Position numbers and translations under genes: made by a program. Below the pieces are notes generated by a model. The model saw only the letters and a program-made list of their open reading frames with translations, had not been told where the DNA came from and did no database searches. 64,000 bases of DNA from Auanema rhodensis (taxonomy: Eukaryota; Animalia; Nematoda): contig OZ059897.1 in the NCBI GenBank assembly GCA_964057225.1, positions 8,122,001-8,186,000 of the forward strand, given 5' to 3'. Below are positions 14,543 to 29,200 of this stretch, one piece after another (the first letter of the stretch is position 1; every line of letters starts with the position of its first letter).

Positions 14543-15903
14543 AACCTGTAACATCATTCATTCAGATTTCACATTTAATGTCTACACCTACACGTACATA
14601 TTACAAATGGATTTTTCTTCATTTCAATAAAGTTTCAGATGTATACCCATTACTGGATAATAGAATACATAATTGCATAGCATTTTACTATCCTCGATAT
14701 CTCACAACAAAAAAATTGTTTAAGGTTAACATTTGAATATGCAAGCTTTGACGTCATACACGTGGTTTCACGTAACAACGTGAGAAGAGGCGCTCTTTAT
14801 TTATCCTGCGAGACATTGAGAAGCGGTTGGTTGCATACAAACGAAAACTGATTTTCCTGTTTTTTCTTCTTCTAACTCAACATCCGAATTACTAAGTATT
14901 TCTTTTTCGTTCAAGATCTTCATCTTTTTTCATTGTTTTTGTTCCTTTTTTTTTATTTTTTTTCCAAGATTTCCACTTTGTGATATGTTTTCCTCTGTTT
15001 ACGTTCGTTCCATTCTCCGTCTTTTCATCTGAATCTGCTCATCAATATATACATTCTGATGGCAAGTCTTGCCGCTTATGATGACACCAATTCAAGTAAT
15101 CGACATCAGAATCACAATCTGCCGCTTCCAAATCTACATGCCATCTGATCCTCCGGCCCAATGTTTCTCGTCCATCTCGCTGTTTCCGTCTTATCCTACT
15201 CATTCAAAGTTATTGCGTTCAAGGCCATCATCACTGGGAAGCCCGTGTTGTCCAGACAAGCTTGTCATTCTGCTAACCTTTTCATAGTACAAAGTAAGCG
15301 CTGATACCGTCAATCTGATCTGAGATTACGAATATTGCATGAATACATTACGGAATTACCCCTTTAACGCCTCTTCACGCTAATCACAACACAATTGAAC
15401 GTCGCTGATTTATGTGATTACATTCTTTCAGTCAAAGCTGATATTCACACTTTTTGCATTTTTCAAGGTGAGACTAAAACTGTCTCTTTCTTCCCCATCA
15501 TCTCAAGCAGACCCTTTCTCTCTCTTCCTCTTGCGTTCTCTATCTCTCTTTCTATCTCACTCTCTAATAATCATTTTTGATTTGTTAAACGAGTTGTCCT
15601 TTTAAAAAAAAACTGACTTGAAGCTAATTCCATAAATGAGCTGAAACCTTGATTAAACTATTATGAAAAACTTTTTTGGAAAATCTGGAAGAATATAATT
15701 GACCTTTTCAGTTTTAAGTTGATTATCAAAAGTATTATAAAGGTTAAATTTGACGGAAAGATCATTTTCTTCAAACATCATTTTTTTTTCAGAGAAAGCA
15801 AGCAGATCATAAATTTATACAATTCAAAAGTTTAGAAAGTATAAAGTATATACTTAGAGTGAGAGAGAGTTATGTCTTTTAACTGGCAGAGAAAGAGAGA
15901 GAG

Positions 15904-15952
<49 letters not shown>

Positions 15953-18900
15953 AAGTTATGTCTTTTAACTGGTAGAGAGAGATATATGGGAACGAGTGAG
16001 ATTTTTAGCATCTTCAATCTCTTGTTGTCTATTGAAAATCCTGTGAATGTATGCTGTCATGGTTGTAACCGTTTTTCTCACCTTATTCCCTTATCCACTA
16101 TTCCTCTTTTTCTTTCAATTGCGACAGCATTTCCTGTTGCCGTGTATCTTCATCTTCATTCAGTTCACGTTTGCCATTAGTGTTCATATATGCTGTAATA
16201 ACATACTCTGGACTTTTCATATGTATATATATCGTTTAACACATCTTTTTAACCTTTTTTTAACCTCATTTGACGTGAAAACTATCTAGTTCTCACTAGT
16301 AGTCAACAACCACAAGAGCATTACCATTACTGTAAATCGAGAATATGAATATCATTCGACCTATATATGTAACTCTTCAAATGATTTTAAAGAATTTCAT
16401 ATAATTTCTTCTTTTTCTATCGAAAAGTATTGAAAATTTTCTCAAATTCGATTTAGCGGACATCACAAATGCTTTAAAAGTTCGTCAAGCTCGGTGCTAC
16501 GAAGTGATACCGCAGGTATGGCTGATTGCCTTCCAAGACAATAATTGCCTTCTTCATCTGATATCACCTTACAAATAGTATTTCTCTCAAAACTATTCGT
16601 TTGAACATAAGCTATTCAATTTACCGTTACTTCCATTTGTTATCCCCCCCCCAATACTATATCATCATTTTGTGTCAAAAAACTGCATATCAACTCTTTA
16701 CGTAACCCCAATCAACTAACCATCTTTGAATTGTCCAAATCTATATTAAATCGATTTTACTTTATTCATGTAAACAAAGACTTAATATCTACTTAGATAT
16801 ACAACCTATTCTGATACTCGTTTTGAAACTCATCATGTTTTTCTCATCCAAAATTTCACTTTCATCCAGAAAACTTCACTTAAGCTTGATTTGTATTTAC
16901 AATTAGTTTTCAATAAGTACTTTGAAACTCATTCAAGCTTTCTATTTCAACAAAAAAGTTGATTTTTGTGCCAATTCATTCTAATTAGCTTCAATTTCAT
17001 TTGGAGGAAGCACCTCAGTTTCGAAAATATTTTGAATTCCTTCAAATATCTTCTCAACCACTTACTCTCACAATAACTTCACCTCAACTAAGCGGAACGA
17101 AGTAGTCAATTTCCTTTTCTGCAAGTTCCGCCCACGGTCATCTACTAGAATGACCGTTCATCATCACATCACTTCGATGTATTCAGTTGGTTTAAGTCAG
17201 CCATGCACCTTGTTGTATCATCAGCAACTTCATTTTCCAAAAAAAAAATATTCAGACTTCAATACTTAACTCCTTTATTTCATTTACTCTTAGAACTTTG
17301 AACAACTTTAACAACTTGAGTAAGTTCTTTAAAAAAAAATCATATATCTTTCGGTGTCGGAAAACTTCATTAAGATGAAATAGGTAATAATATATGAAAA
17401 GATTATAATCTATTGCCCAGCAAACTCTTTTAAAAAGTTTCCGAACAGATAGATTTCATCTGAACTCTCTGAATTGACTTTTTCATTTTGTAACTTCATT
17501 TTTCATATCTCTCTCTCTCTCTCTCTCTATCTTTCGCTCTGTAATACTCTATCCACCTCATCCCAATCATTTTCTATACCCCTCATTAACCTTTTTTTAA
17601 TTATGTAATACTTGCTGTATCTGAATATGTTATTCAAAACACCAATTTACCTCATAACCTCGAAAAGATTTCGATAACCTTTAATTCATTATAATGAATT
17701 ACGAGAGTTGGTGGCACACCTACAACATCATATCGTAACTGTCTCTTGCTCCAATATTCCCCTATATTACTTGTCAATACATCAATTTTTTTGGTTTTGG
17801 AATGGTTTTTGATCTGAACCTTCTTGATGGCCTTTCTGCCATTCTTTTCTTGACACGCCAAGGCATTAATTTTCAAAAAATCTTATCAACATACCCGTTT
17901 CTATAACTATTTCGGCGCTCGTACCTGTCTGAGTTTATGCATAACTTGTCAGCTCGTTATGTCCGCGAATATTCGATTTTCAAACGTTTCCTTACCTATA
18001 TGAATCTAATAAGCCTATATGTCAGTCTGTCTTTCATTTTTTAATTGGCCAAACGTCAAAAAGATGACAAGACGGTGAATGCCAACGACAAATTCCTCAT
18101 GACCTCGTCGTTGTTCAATAGTGGATGTTATCTAGACTTTAAACAGATGAAGCATTAGATTTACTTTGTTCTTTTTCATAATTTGCTTTCATTTCGTTTC
18201 AATTCTCACTCACTCACTCACTCAGCTTAGTAAAAAAATCTCCAAAAATGAAACTTGAAATAGAATAATACAATCAACCGTTCACTAGACATAACCGATA
18301 ACGTAAATGATTTTTGCCATTTACGCGCGCCATATTTCACGTCCGTCATTTGCGGCCACGTGCTGCATTCACGCAAGTAAATACATTCTGATTATTCTAA
18401 TTTCATATAATATATGTTTTATTTTTCAGTTTTCACGAAATATATGTTGAAAGACAATGCGGCTGTTTACTATAGCATACACATATTTCTCCTCTCCTTT
18501 CTCTGTCTAACTATACCAAAAACAAAATGGATTTTATCAAAATTAATTCAATTAGGCTCAATATCTGATACCATCCGATTGATATTCATTCATTTTTTTC
18601 CATATAACTGATACAATAACAATACTTTTAATGATCTAATTTCTCTATTGAAGTCTGATTTCTTTTTGAAAACTGCCAATTGGACCTAAACAGTAGCTAT
18701 TTGTGCCCATAAACTGTTCTTGACCTGACTAGCTTAACCATATTAGCCAGTTGATTCACGTATCAACATCATCACCATCACGAAAGAGTACGAATGCTTC
18801 TAATACAATTTTAAATTTGTGATTTCAATTAACTATTACATATAGATTACCTGACTGATACAACAGTTTAATGATGACCTTAATCAGTAAAGATTGTCTG

Positions 18901-20664
18901 TAACTCTATTTCATAGCGATCATGATGACGTCAACATCTGGAATGCGTCGTACTTCTTTTATCTATTACTACTACTTCTTCCTGTCCTCGTCTATACCGA
19001 CTAAAACGCTCAAAGATCGTCGTCTTCATCGCCGATCAACGTCATTCATCGGTTTCCGTGTATGTTACGAAGCTTCACAGTAATACAACCTGCATTAAGA
19101 TTAGTATTATCATCGTTGGCCATCTGAACGCTGGTTGTTTCCTCCAAAACATGACCAGTCGATCACATTTCTTTTTCTTTTCTTATAATCTGCAGAATGC
19201 TAGAAGTTAAATAGATAAGTTAGCAAATTATCATGAACTGCTAGCCATATTGAAAACCGAAATCCTTGCATGTAGCCGTTCTAAGCTGCGTTTATTATAC
19301 GAAGCTTGAGCAGCTTGTAGCCCAAACCCAGCTAAAACTTTGCAAAATCATGAACCTATAGCATCTAGTTTGCAAAATAAAAAACTTTTCTTCAATTTCA
19401 TGTATGTTCCATGCAATTCGTCTACGTCAAATCAAAGTAAAGTTCATAATTTATTAATACATATTACCTACATGTTGTATATATATATATTATGATGAAA
19501 GACATAAAAAACGAGAGAAAGCATGTTCCATCTATTATCCTTCAAACGACACCCAGTTCTCTTCATGTATATTACCTGTTGTAATATAGAAAAGAAAATG
19601 TCTTAGAATTAATCTTTGAATTAATCTTTTCCCTTTTGTAAATCACAAGAAGAGAGAGAATATCACTTTTTGAAAGTCAGATCATGATCTGCTCTTCGAT
19701 TCTAATCACCAGCATATATCTTCTTGACTCAAACTTATTTTTGTTTTTTTTTCAACTTTATCTCAAAACTTGTCTTCAATATGAACTATTCTTTGAATAG
19801 TTTTAGTTAAAATGTATTATTCTCTTTTTTTTCTTTTGGTTTTTCTTCTTTGACTTGTTGTAAATACACTTAAACAATATGATGACCCGTTCAATTCACA
19901 GTTACTCTCGTTCATTTTCGATTTTACAGCATTTTCAAACTCTATCAACCATTCTTCTTTTAAAATTATAAAGTTTTAACACCAGCTTTACAAGCTTAAA
20001 GTTAGTAAAATTAACTTTTTAAGCTGTTATATATGAGCTAAAACTGCAGATTAAACCAAACCATTTCTGTTTTAAGCAACAAAAAAACTGTTAGTCGTCC
20101 TTTTCTCTTTGCTACTCTTCATAATTTCTTTTTTGTTGTCAAAAATTCTGTTGTTTTTCATATATTGAGTCTTCAAAAGTCTTTTTTTACTTTAAAATTT
20201 CTTGAGAATGTTAGACAGTGAACCCTCAGATTTTAGAAAAACTTACTCGCTTGATCCTGAATCAAGATGAATTTATAGGCGATTCGGGAAATAATTGAAA
20301 TAGCTATCTTGCAAACAGCTATCGTTGACCAATTTTCTAACATTTTTTGTTTAAAAATACAACAGTTAACCTCTTCACTATCTGAGAAATCGTCTATGAA
20401 ACCAAAAACAAAACTTTATTTGGTTGATAAATAGTTTACTAGTTGATCTAATTCTGAATCTTCTTAACATCCAATTTGTATGCGGATGTTTCAGCACAGT
20501 TTTCAGAGAACATAGTAGTCTACGTCAATCGAATGAACGATACTGAGCTTGAATGTTCTTTCTATATATTCTAATCATATCATATCGTTAGATAAGCCAG
20601 TGTTTCTAACATTCACTAGCGGTCATCGTCATTTCTGTGCCAAACACATTATCATCGTCAGTGG

Positions 20665-20695
<31 letters not shown>

Positions 20696-22916
20696 AGCAT
20701 GTTGCCACGCATGGGATAGGCCAACAACCACGTCACGTCGACGACGTCAACGAATCTGCCATATACAACGGTGGCAACAAACGATGACAGTTTTGACAAT
20801 GAAACAAACGTTAGATCGTCTAAAACATTCCGAGGTCAAGGAGTACCTACCTACCTGTCTTGGCCACCAGTTTGTTTTCTGAACTCTTTCAAGAACTATC
20901 TAACTAAATGATTTGAACCTTGTTTTTGAGTTTATTTTCAACAAATTCAAAACTGAAAATATCGTTTTTTGATCTTTGCCAACAATCAAAATGGCCAATT
21001 GAACTATTTCTTCTTCCTTCACATGTTTTATTGAAGTTTCAACTAGCACCATCATGATGGTCAGTTTGAAAAGAAATTCAGGACGACCGCTTGTATTTCG
21101 CAGGTTTTTTTGATTTTTCCCGTGTTGTCTCGAAATTCTTTAACTTACCTTGAAGTACTATACCTATTTCTTCTTCTGAATCTTTGAATTATTTTAAACT
21201 TATGCTGTGAAGTTCTTAAGAAATTGGGCGAAATCACCTATCAAATTACTTATCTGTATCACCTTCACCGTATTATTCAACCATTTCATCTGTACCCCCA
21301 TTCTCATCATCAACTCGCCCCCCCCCCCTCTTTCGCTATTTCTAACTTCAACTCAAACGAACAAACCGTACAACGTAATGAATGACATTCATGTTTCATA
21401 TGTATCGTGTTAGAACTTCTAATTTTAACAATTTCCATCTGAATGCCAGTAGAACTGTCAAGTCTCTCTTCTTCCATCTGTTAATTAGTGTGACCAAATC
21501 ATCCTGCAAAATGATATTGAGCATAAGCTTGAACTTATTTCCGATAAACCCATTAATATCTTTTTTAAGTTTTTCTGCCAAAAACTGTTTCAGATAGCTT
21601 TTAAGCGATATTGAAAAACAAATATTAAAAACATTCTGTTTGTTGAATGTAAGTTGAAAGATTTGAAATACATAATTCTAGCACATCAGCTTTTCTGTTG
21701 TATTCTAACAAGTTCTTAAAGAGTAAACATGAAATTTGTGACTAACGGGCTTATTTAGAAGTTAAAAGAAGCTGATATCAGCACAAGTATCTTGATGGCT
21801 ACAGCTTGTTATGTTATATGTTTTACCTTTTTTGATATTTCATATCTATTCTGAGAAAATAATGATTTAAGTAAGAAAAGCAAGAAAATGAAATGGTATT
21901 TCCTGAAAGCATATGTGTCTTCTCATGTTTTTCCGTTGTTTTCATCTCATCTCTCAATGTCGATTCCAACTTTTTTCGGCTAATTTCTTCATCATTATAT
22001 ACAATGGAATCATATCAGATACTATTTGATTTTGAAAAGAACTTTCTCTTTTTTAATAAAAAAAAGAAAGAAAATGAAGAAGAAAAAGATGTAGAAGCAG
22101 ACATTGATAAAGAACCGTTCCTGGAGGGCATGTGCCCTTTCGCATTGTCAAACCCCCCCCCCCCACCACTCAGTTTCCGTTCTTCTTTTCTTTGATATTA
22201 AGCTTTTCGTTCAAACTAACTAGTACGATATATCTTCATTTCCAAATTTCATACTTTTGACCAAATCATATCTCATTCAGAACTTTCAATTTGAAAGAAA
22301 AATTATCAAAGAAAAGAGAGTTTTGCTTGAATTTCGGAGATTGAACTTGAACTTTTCCTATCATATAGTATTCATTTGAAGATTTTTGTTATAAAACTGT
22401 TTCATAAGCACCAGTTTGTCATTCTGTTTGTAATTAACCAAACATTTGTCTTCCTCTTCTGTTCGAATTATATAAAGTTATCATAAATCTCTCTCATTTT
22501 CACCGATTCTCTTCTAAACTTCCCACATTTGTCATGTATTATATTCATACAAGCTGTTTCATCCTCCTTCTCCATCTCTTCAAACTTCATAGCAAAGTAT
22601 TCTTATGTTTGTTCTCCTTTTTGTTTTCCAGATCTATTACTCTCACTATTACATTTAACGATCTCACCTCATTTACAGTAATTTGAATTTTCTCTCAGTT
22701 TTTCATATTATTTCTTCAAATTATACCGATATGATCTTAAAGTAAACACATCAAAATACTGTTCCACAAAAATCTTATTTGACACGTTTTCTGGATTTTA
22801 ATCTCTTTTTTTGTTTCTTCAAAGTTTTTACTTCATCTCCTCATTTCAACAAATTAGTAGCAGCCTTGTTTCTCTTTCAGCACATCCTTTGTTCTTCTTG
22901 TTCTAGTGTATTCATC

Positions 22917-22920
<4 letters not shown>

Positions 22921-22975
<55 letters not shown>
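22921..22975. repeat. (CT)n microsatellite; similar (GA)n/(CT)n tracts at ~1045, 5833, 7012, 13061, 15909, 53750 and 62712
   Basis: Dinucleotide runs seen directly. Confidence 0.95.
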
Positions 22976-22977
<2 letters not shown>

Positions 22978-23228
22978 TTCTGTTATTTTACCTATTTTTT
23001 TACCTTTCATAAAACCTTTTTGTGATTTACTTATACTATTAGCTACATTTTCCCCAATTTTCTGTTATTGTTCGAGGAATAAAAGTGATTTTTGATTTAA
23101 CCTTGTGTCTCACCAATTTGATAATATATCATCTTTTCTCCACAGCGTTTTTTTCACTTCCTTTTCTATTTGGTCTTGTTTATCATTAATGTTTTACAAA
23201 ACTCACAAAAGCAACCTTTTTGTTGTAG

Positions 23229-26200
23229 ATGAAGCCTTGGATTATTGGGAATTTGCTGCTCATCACATGGGCATCCATATTAACAGGTTAGTTGATTAAT
23301 ACTATATCATATAAATTAAGAAGAATGTACTTCTCTTTGACCTAATATCGCAATTTATAGTATGCTTAATCCTTGTTAGTTATCCAAAAAAACTTTTCTT
23401 TACCGGTATAAATCAAGAAAATCTTGTTTTCATTTGACATTTTCATTTCAATATGCATTATCAATCATTAAAGATTTATAGTTACATCTATCATGTAATT
23501 GATTTAATCAAAGATTTATCATGATTTAAGAGAATTATTTCATATAAATATCTGTTAAAAATCATATTATAGTTAATTAAAACTTTAAATCTTAACTATA
23601 TGTAATTGTTAAATAAAGAAATGAAATGAAAAAAATGTTTGGAATAATGTAGAAAAGTGAAACAAATAATAAAACAATCAAATTGACTTTTATCTTAAAA
23701 AAACTGTTGGTTAGATGAAGTTTTATAAGAAGTTCCAGAATAAATCAAAGTTTAGTTAAACGACCCATTGCACCAATTAAATTTTATTACAAACTAATAA
23801 ATAATTCACAACCTTTTTACTATAACGTTCAAATAAATTTTGAAAAAAAGGCCAAGAATAAGCATAATAATTCAATCTATTTAAATATTTTATTTCTTCT
23901 TTTCAGTTACAGAAGGAGCAATTTCGATTAATGAAGATGAAACTCCTGTTACGTCACGTTTCCACTGTATGAAGAACGGATGTTGTGATCATCATGAATG
24001 GTGTCGTTTCTGGGCATCTGTTGGAGAGTGTAGGGTGTGTCATTTGAAAAAAAAAACAAAGAAAAAGCTTCTTCATGGATTTTAAGAACAGCTTTTCCAT
24101 TTCTTTCATACAAATTAACAAAAATTAACTTGACAAAACGTTTTAATGCGCTTCTTTCCCATCATTTTCATTTGAAACAAAAAAAAATTGAAGATAGATA
24201 GATGTCAAATGAATCAAATTCATTTGGAAATCTTTAGTAATCAAATAAAAAAAAATGTTAATTGCTATCTATCGTATACAACCATTTCCATCTGCGAACA
24301 CTGAAAAATGAAACTTTTTTCACGTGAAATGATGAATTCCACGCATCTTAGTATATCACCTATACAGTAATTCGCATCATCGAACAATAACGTAAACAAA
24401 TAATTTTGAAAACATTTTATCGAAAAAACTTAGAAACTTGAGCTGGTTAATTAGAATATTTTTATTCCAAATTATAGACTAATGCTGAATGGATGTTAGA
24501 TAACTGTCAATTGGCTTGTAATAGTTGTCGTCAAGGTAGATTACATGTTGATGCTCTTCTATACATTTCCATACGTTTTGTCTTCAGGATCTCAAAGAGT
24601 TGCTTCGCCAATTGTTGCTCATCCAACGCAACGTACACAGCAATTCACACGTAGAACGACAACCGTTCGTCCATTCTTCTTCAGTACATCTCCACGAACT
24701 CGTCCAACAACAACTACAACTAGAAGGCCAGTAACCGCAGTGCCCTTGCGCCCCAGGCCAACAGTTCAACAGAGAATTCAATCTACTCAACCTCCACGTA
24801 CTCTAAGACCTACTTTCACTCAAAGGTATGTTAGCTATTTGCAAGGAAAACCAGAATCATACGATAGAATAGGTTAAACATGTGTATTAGTAAAAGATAG
24901 TTAGTAATCTGAAACTGGTGCTTGAGCGACAGTTCCATTTTTCCAAACAAGTCTATAGTTTTGCTGAAAGCTCCACTTTCAGAATTAGAAATCTTTCGTG
25001 AATCTTTTGAAAATATGAAAAGTAGGAAGAAACTGGTATGATCTTTCGCAATCATATCAAGTTGCATCTCACTTCTAACATCATAATCATAAATGAATCT
25101 GACATTCGGGATCACGAACAAATATCTTGTGCATTCTTTTTTGAATGATAATAAGTTTTTAAACTCAGATTCAACAGTTCTGAATTTAAAAACTTTGTTT
25201 ACAAACAAACAAACAAATTCAAAAATAAATAAAAGATTGTTAGTTTTGCTAACCAGATAGTACTTCATAGTATGCATGATATGGGATGTGATGTTAAAGT
25301 TTAGAAATCTTAAGTTCAAGTTCATCGAGCTATCTAGTGAAATATCTTTCGGGGTTTATGTACGTGTCGTAGAGTCAAGTTCTGTACCTGTTATTGGTAT
25401 TCAGCTTTTCTGTCTTTCATGTTTCAAAGTCACAGTTGTAACTATGGGATAAACTTAATGGATATGTTATGATGAAGAACGTATTGTCCATGTATTTGGT
25501 TTTTCTTTCAAGTTTTCCGTCTTTTTACTTGTATCTGTTTGTTTATTTCTGTCCTTATTTAGTGGAAATAGTTCTTCTTCTGTTCGATTGGTTATGCTCC
25601 GTCGTAACCGTGGTCGTGGTGGTATCTCACATAGATTACCTTCTATTCTTCGAGTTCCTTCCAACCATTTTCCATCAATTGCCGAACTCACTGAGAAGTT
25701 CCATCTAAAGAACTTCCTTAGCTCTTCGAACAAAAAGTCTACAACAACCCAGTCTCCAACAACACCAATGACGACACCATCTACAACAACAACCACAACA
25801 TTGGCTCCAACCACAACGATGGCTCCAACCACAACTACTACTACTCCAGCTCCAACAACCACTACTTCAACGACTACAACAACTACTCCACCACCTACGA
25901 CAACCACGACTACCACCACTACCACAACCACAACTCCGGAGCCAACTACGACAACGTCGACCACAACGACGACAACTACCACTACTACTACCCCCACCAC
26001 AACTACCACTGAACCAACAACTACAACTATACCTACTACCACGACCATGGCCACAACGACGGAGGAACCTTCGACCACAACGTTCGCAACTACCACAGAA
26101 GCTGAAACCACGACCGAATCGCTCCTGCTTGAAACTACGACATCCAGCTTTGGATTAACGACATCTGTAGTTCCTGATACGTCCACTTCAGACATAATTG

Positions 26201-29200
26201 TTGCTATTAACGGCACTGAGGATGAGTAAGTGGACGAACTGACAAGTTGCCAAAGAGCACAAGGCTTACTTCTACTTCTTGCTCTTCTCCCACTTCTACC
26301 TCAACTCATACTTTCAAACTTTTTTGTGCATGTGATAATCCGCTTTGTGCTGTTTTTTTATGTTTTAAAACCTATCTTTCTGTTCTACATCTCACCATAC
26401 TAACTTTTCAAAAACAAAATTAATTTATATATTTCCAATATAATCAAATGAAACTCTTTCTTTTCCTTTAACCTTAGCCCACTTTTATGGGGCTCAGCTT
26501 TTTCAAACTAATGAAGAACTTTTCTTTCTTTTTATAATATCAACTTTTTTAGACGACTTCGTACAAGACCAACAACAGCAAGACCAACTGTCAGACCCCT
26601 GTAAGAACAATCTCTTCTCTGGTCTCTTTTACTTTCATGATTTTAGGACTACCACTGTAAGAACTACTCCGAGACCAGTTGTAACGACAACCAGAGCTGC
26701 ACCAGTCACTCCATTCCGTCGTTTGAACTCAGCTCAAATCAACAGGTATGAATTCTTCACATAAGCAATCACTTACTCAAATTATTTTAAGATGTCGTGA
26801 AATTCTTGCTGATCCACTTGTAGCCGCTGAGGAAATGATCCGAGAAAAACTCGTTGTGTCTGTTGAAGGTAAGTAACTTCTGTGTGATTCTGAATCAAAT
26901 AAACATCATAATTCAGATAACACTCATCGACGTGCTATTGATCTTGATCAGGTCATTCGTTCAAATTTGGCCAACGCTTGTGTACCAAGAATGGATGAGA
27001 CCGATTGTGAATCTAATCTCTGCTACAATGCTTACTTCAGGTTCTAATTTAAATTTAACATAAAAATAAACATATTTTTATTCTAGAACTATGGATGGAA
27101 CTTGTAACAACATGGAGAGTCCACTTCGTGGAGCTTCTTACAGACCATATACTAGACTTCTTCCAACTGTCTACGATAATGAGCTTTCGGAGCCAGTCGG
27201 TACGTTACTTTGAATCAGAACATCACACAGTTTCGTTATGCTTTCAGGTTCACTCTTCCCTGAAATCCGTCCATCTCCAAGAGAAATTACAAGACAATTA
27301 ACTTCATCTCATGCTTCGGTTGAAGCTGACGACTATAATGCTATGGTTATGCAATTCGGTCAATTCTTATCTCACGATATGGCTAAGGTTTTACAAAGCT
27401 GCAACTTAAGCTCTAACTTGTCATGTTTCAGACAACTCTTGTTCCATCTTCCAAGTGTAACGTTTGTCAGAATATTACCAGTCGTTGTATGGCTGTTCCA
27501 GTTAAAGAGGATGATCCAAATCTTGGGTATGACGTCCTTCCTATGAGATTATCTTTAGGATTCTAATTTAGATTCAAGAAAAACACATGTGTTCGTGTCT
27601 CTCGATCTTCTCCAATCTGTGGATCAGGAAGAACCAAGCCACGTCAACAATTGAATGAGAACACTGGTAAGATTTTCTCAATTTTTACTTAATTCAGACT
27701 ATATGTTACAGGATACATCGATGTATCTCCAATTTATGGTTCATCTGTTCACGATTCATTGAAATTCCGTGACGGAAAATCTGGATTCTTGAAGCTTTCT
27801 AACTTCCGCGGACTTGAAGGTAGTTTGCAGCAGAAACTTCAGAATCATAAGCTTATGTTTAGCTCTACCATTCGATCAATCCAAGTGTAAAAGTCGACAA
27901 TCGTGCACGGTTATATTCACAGCAGGAGATTCACGTGTCAACTTATTCGTCGGATTAAGTGCATGGCATACGATATTCACAAAAGAGCACAACAGGTTTT
28001 TGATTTTCCAATAAACGTTATGTTCTAACTTTAATATTTGAAGACTTGTCACTCAGTTCAAACGTATGAATCCTCATTGGGATGGTGAACGGCTATATCA
28101 TGAGGCTAGAAAGATTGTGGGAGCTCAAATGCAAGCTATCGTCTACAGGTAATTGGATTGCATCAGATCGGAATATATAGATACACATGTTACAGAGAAT
28201 GGTTACCTAAGGTTCTAGGAGCTGCTTTCGCTACCGTGGTCGGAGACTACCATGGATATGATAAGAACGTCGATTCAACCATTGCTAATGAATTTACTTC
28301 CGCTGCTTTCCGATTCGGACATGGAATGATTCAAGAATTTTACCAGAGATTGGACCCCAATTTCTCAAACTCCTCTTTCGGACCTTTGGTATTCCAAAAG
28401 GGAACTTTGCACTCTGATGTCTTACTCAACGAGGTTAGCAATGACTAAAGCTTGGTCAAAGAAATTTGATCATCTATTTGAAGGGAGGGCCAGATCCAAT
28501 TCTTCGTGGTATGTTCTCACAACATGTGAAGAGACCGCAACGTGTTACAACAACTGTAACCGAAAACATGTTCGGTTCAACAGATTTGTCGTCTATCAAC
28601 ATTCAGGTTAGAAAAGCCAAATCTAATGTTTCAACTTATCGTTTTACTTTATAGAGAGGAAGAGATCATGGACATCCTAGTTACACCAAATATCGTGAAT
28701 TATGTGGAATGGGAAGTGCTACTGATTTTGACAACGTAATCAAAACAAACTTGTTATCAGTTGCTCAGCTAATCATTTCAGCTTGCACGTGAAATTCTGA
28801 ACTCTGGCACACGTGAAAAACTAAGAAAAGTATATAAGAGTGTAGACAAGATAGATTTATGGGTAGGAGCATTGTTGGAAGATCCTGTTGTACGTGGTCT
28901 TGTTGGTCCAACCATTGCATGTGTCATTGGACCACAATTCAAGAGAACAAGAGATGGAGATAGGTAAGCAATCTTCGACATCTTGAGCGTCTGCTTACTA
29001 AACAGCATATGTTTAGATTCTATTATGAAAGACCCGGTGTTTTCACTCGACATCAATTATCGGAAATCAGAAAGAGTTCTTTAAGTCGAATAATTTGCGA
29101 CAACACCCACACAATTACGGTATAATCACATTTATGCTTCATCTTAAGCACAACTTGCTTTTTTTACAGATGGTACCCCGTGAAGCATTTAGAATTGGCC

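Noticed and set aside
20650-20780. Possible pre-miRNA bounded by TGTTGCCAC/GTGGCAACA
   Set aside because: Only the 9-bp outer stem pairs; the interior does not form a continuous hairpin and no known mature miRNA matches.
25467-26216. 249-aa poly-Val ORF on the minus strand
   Set aside because: Antisense of the ACN-rich Thr mucin exon.
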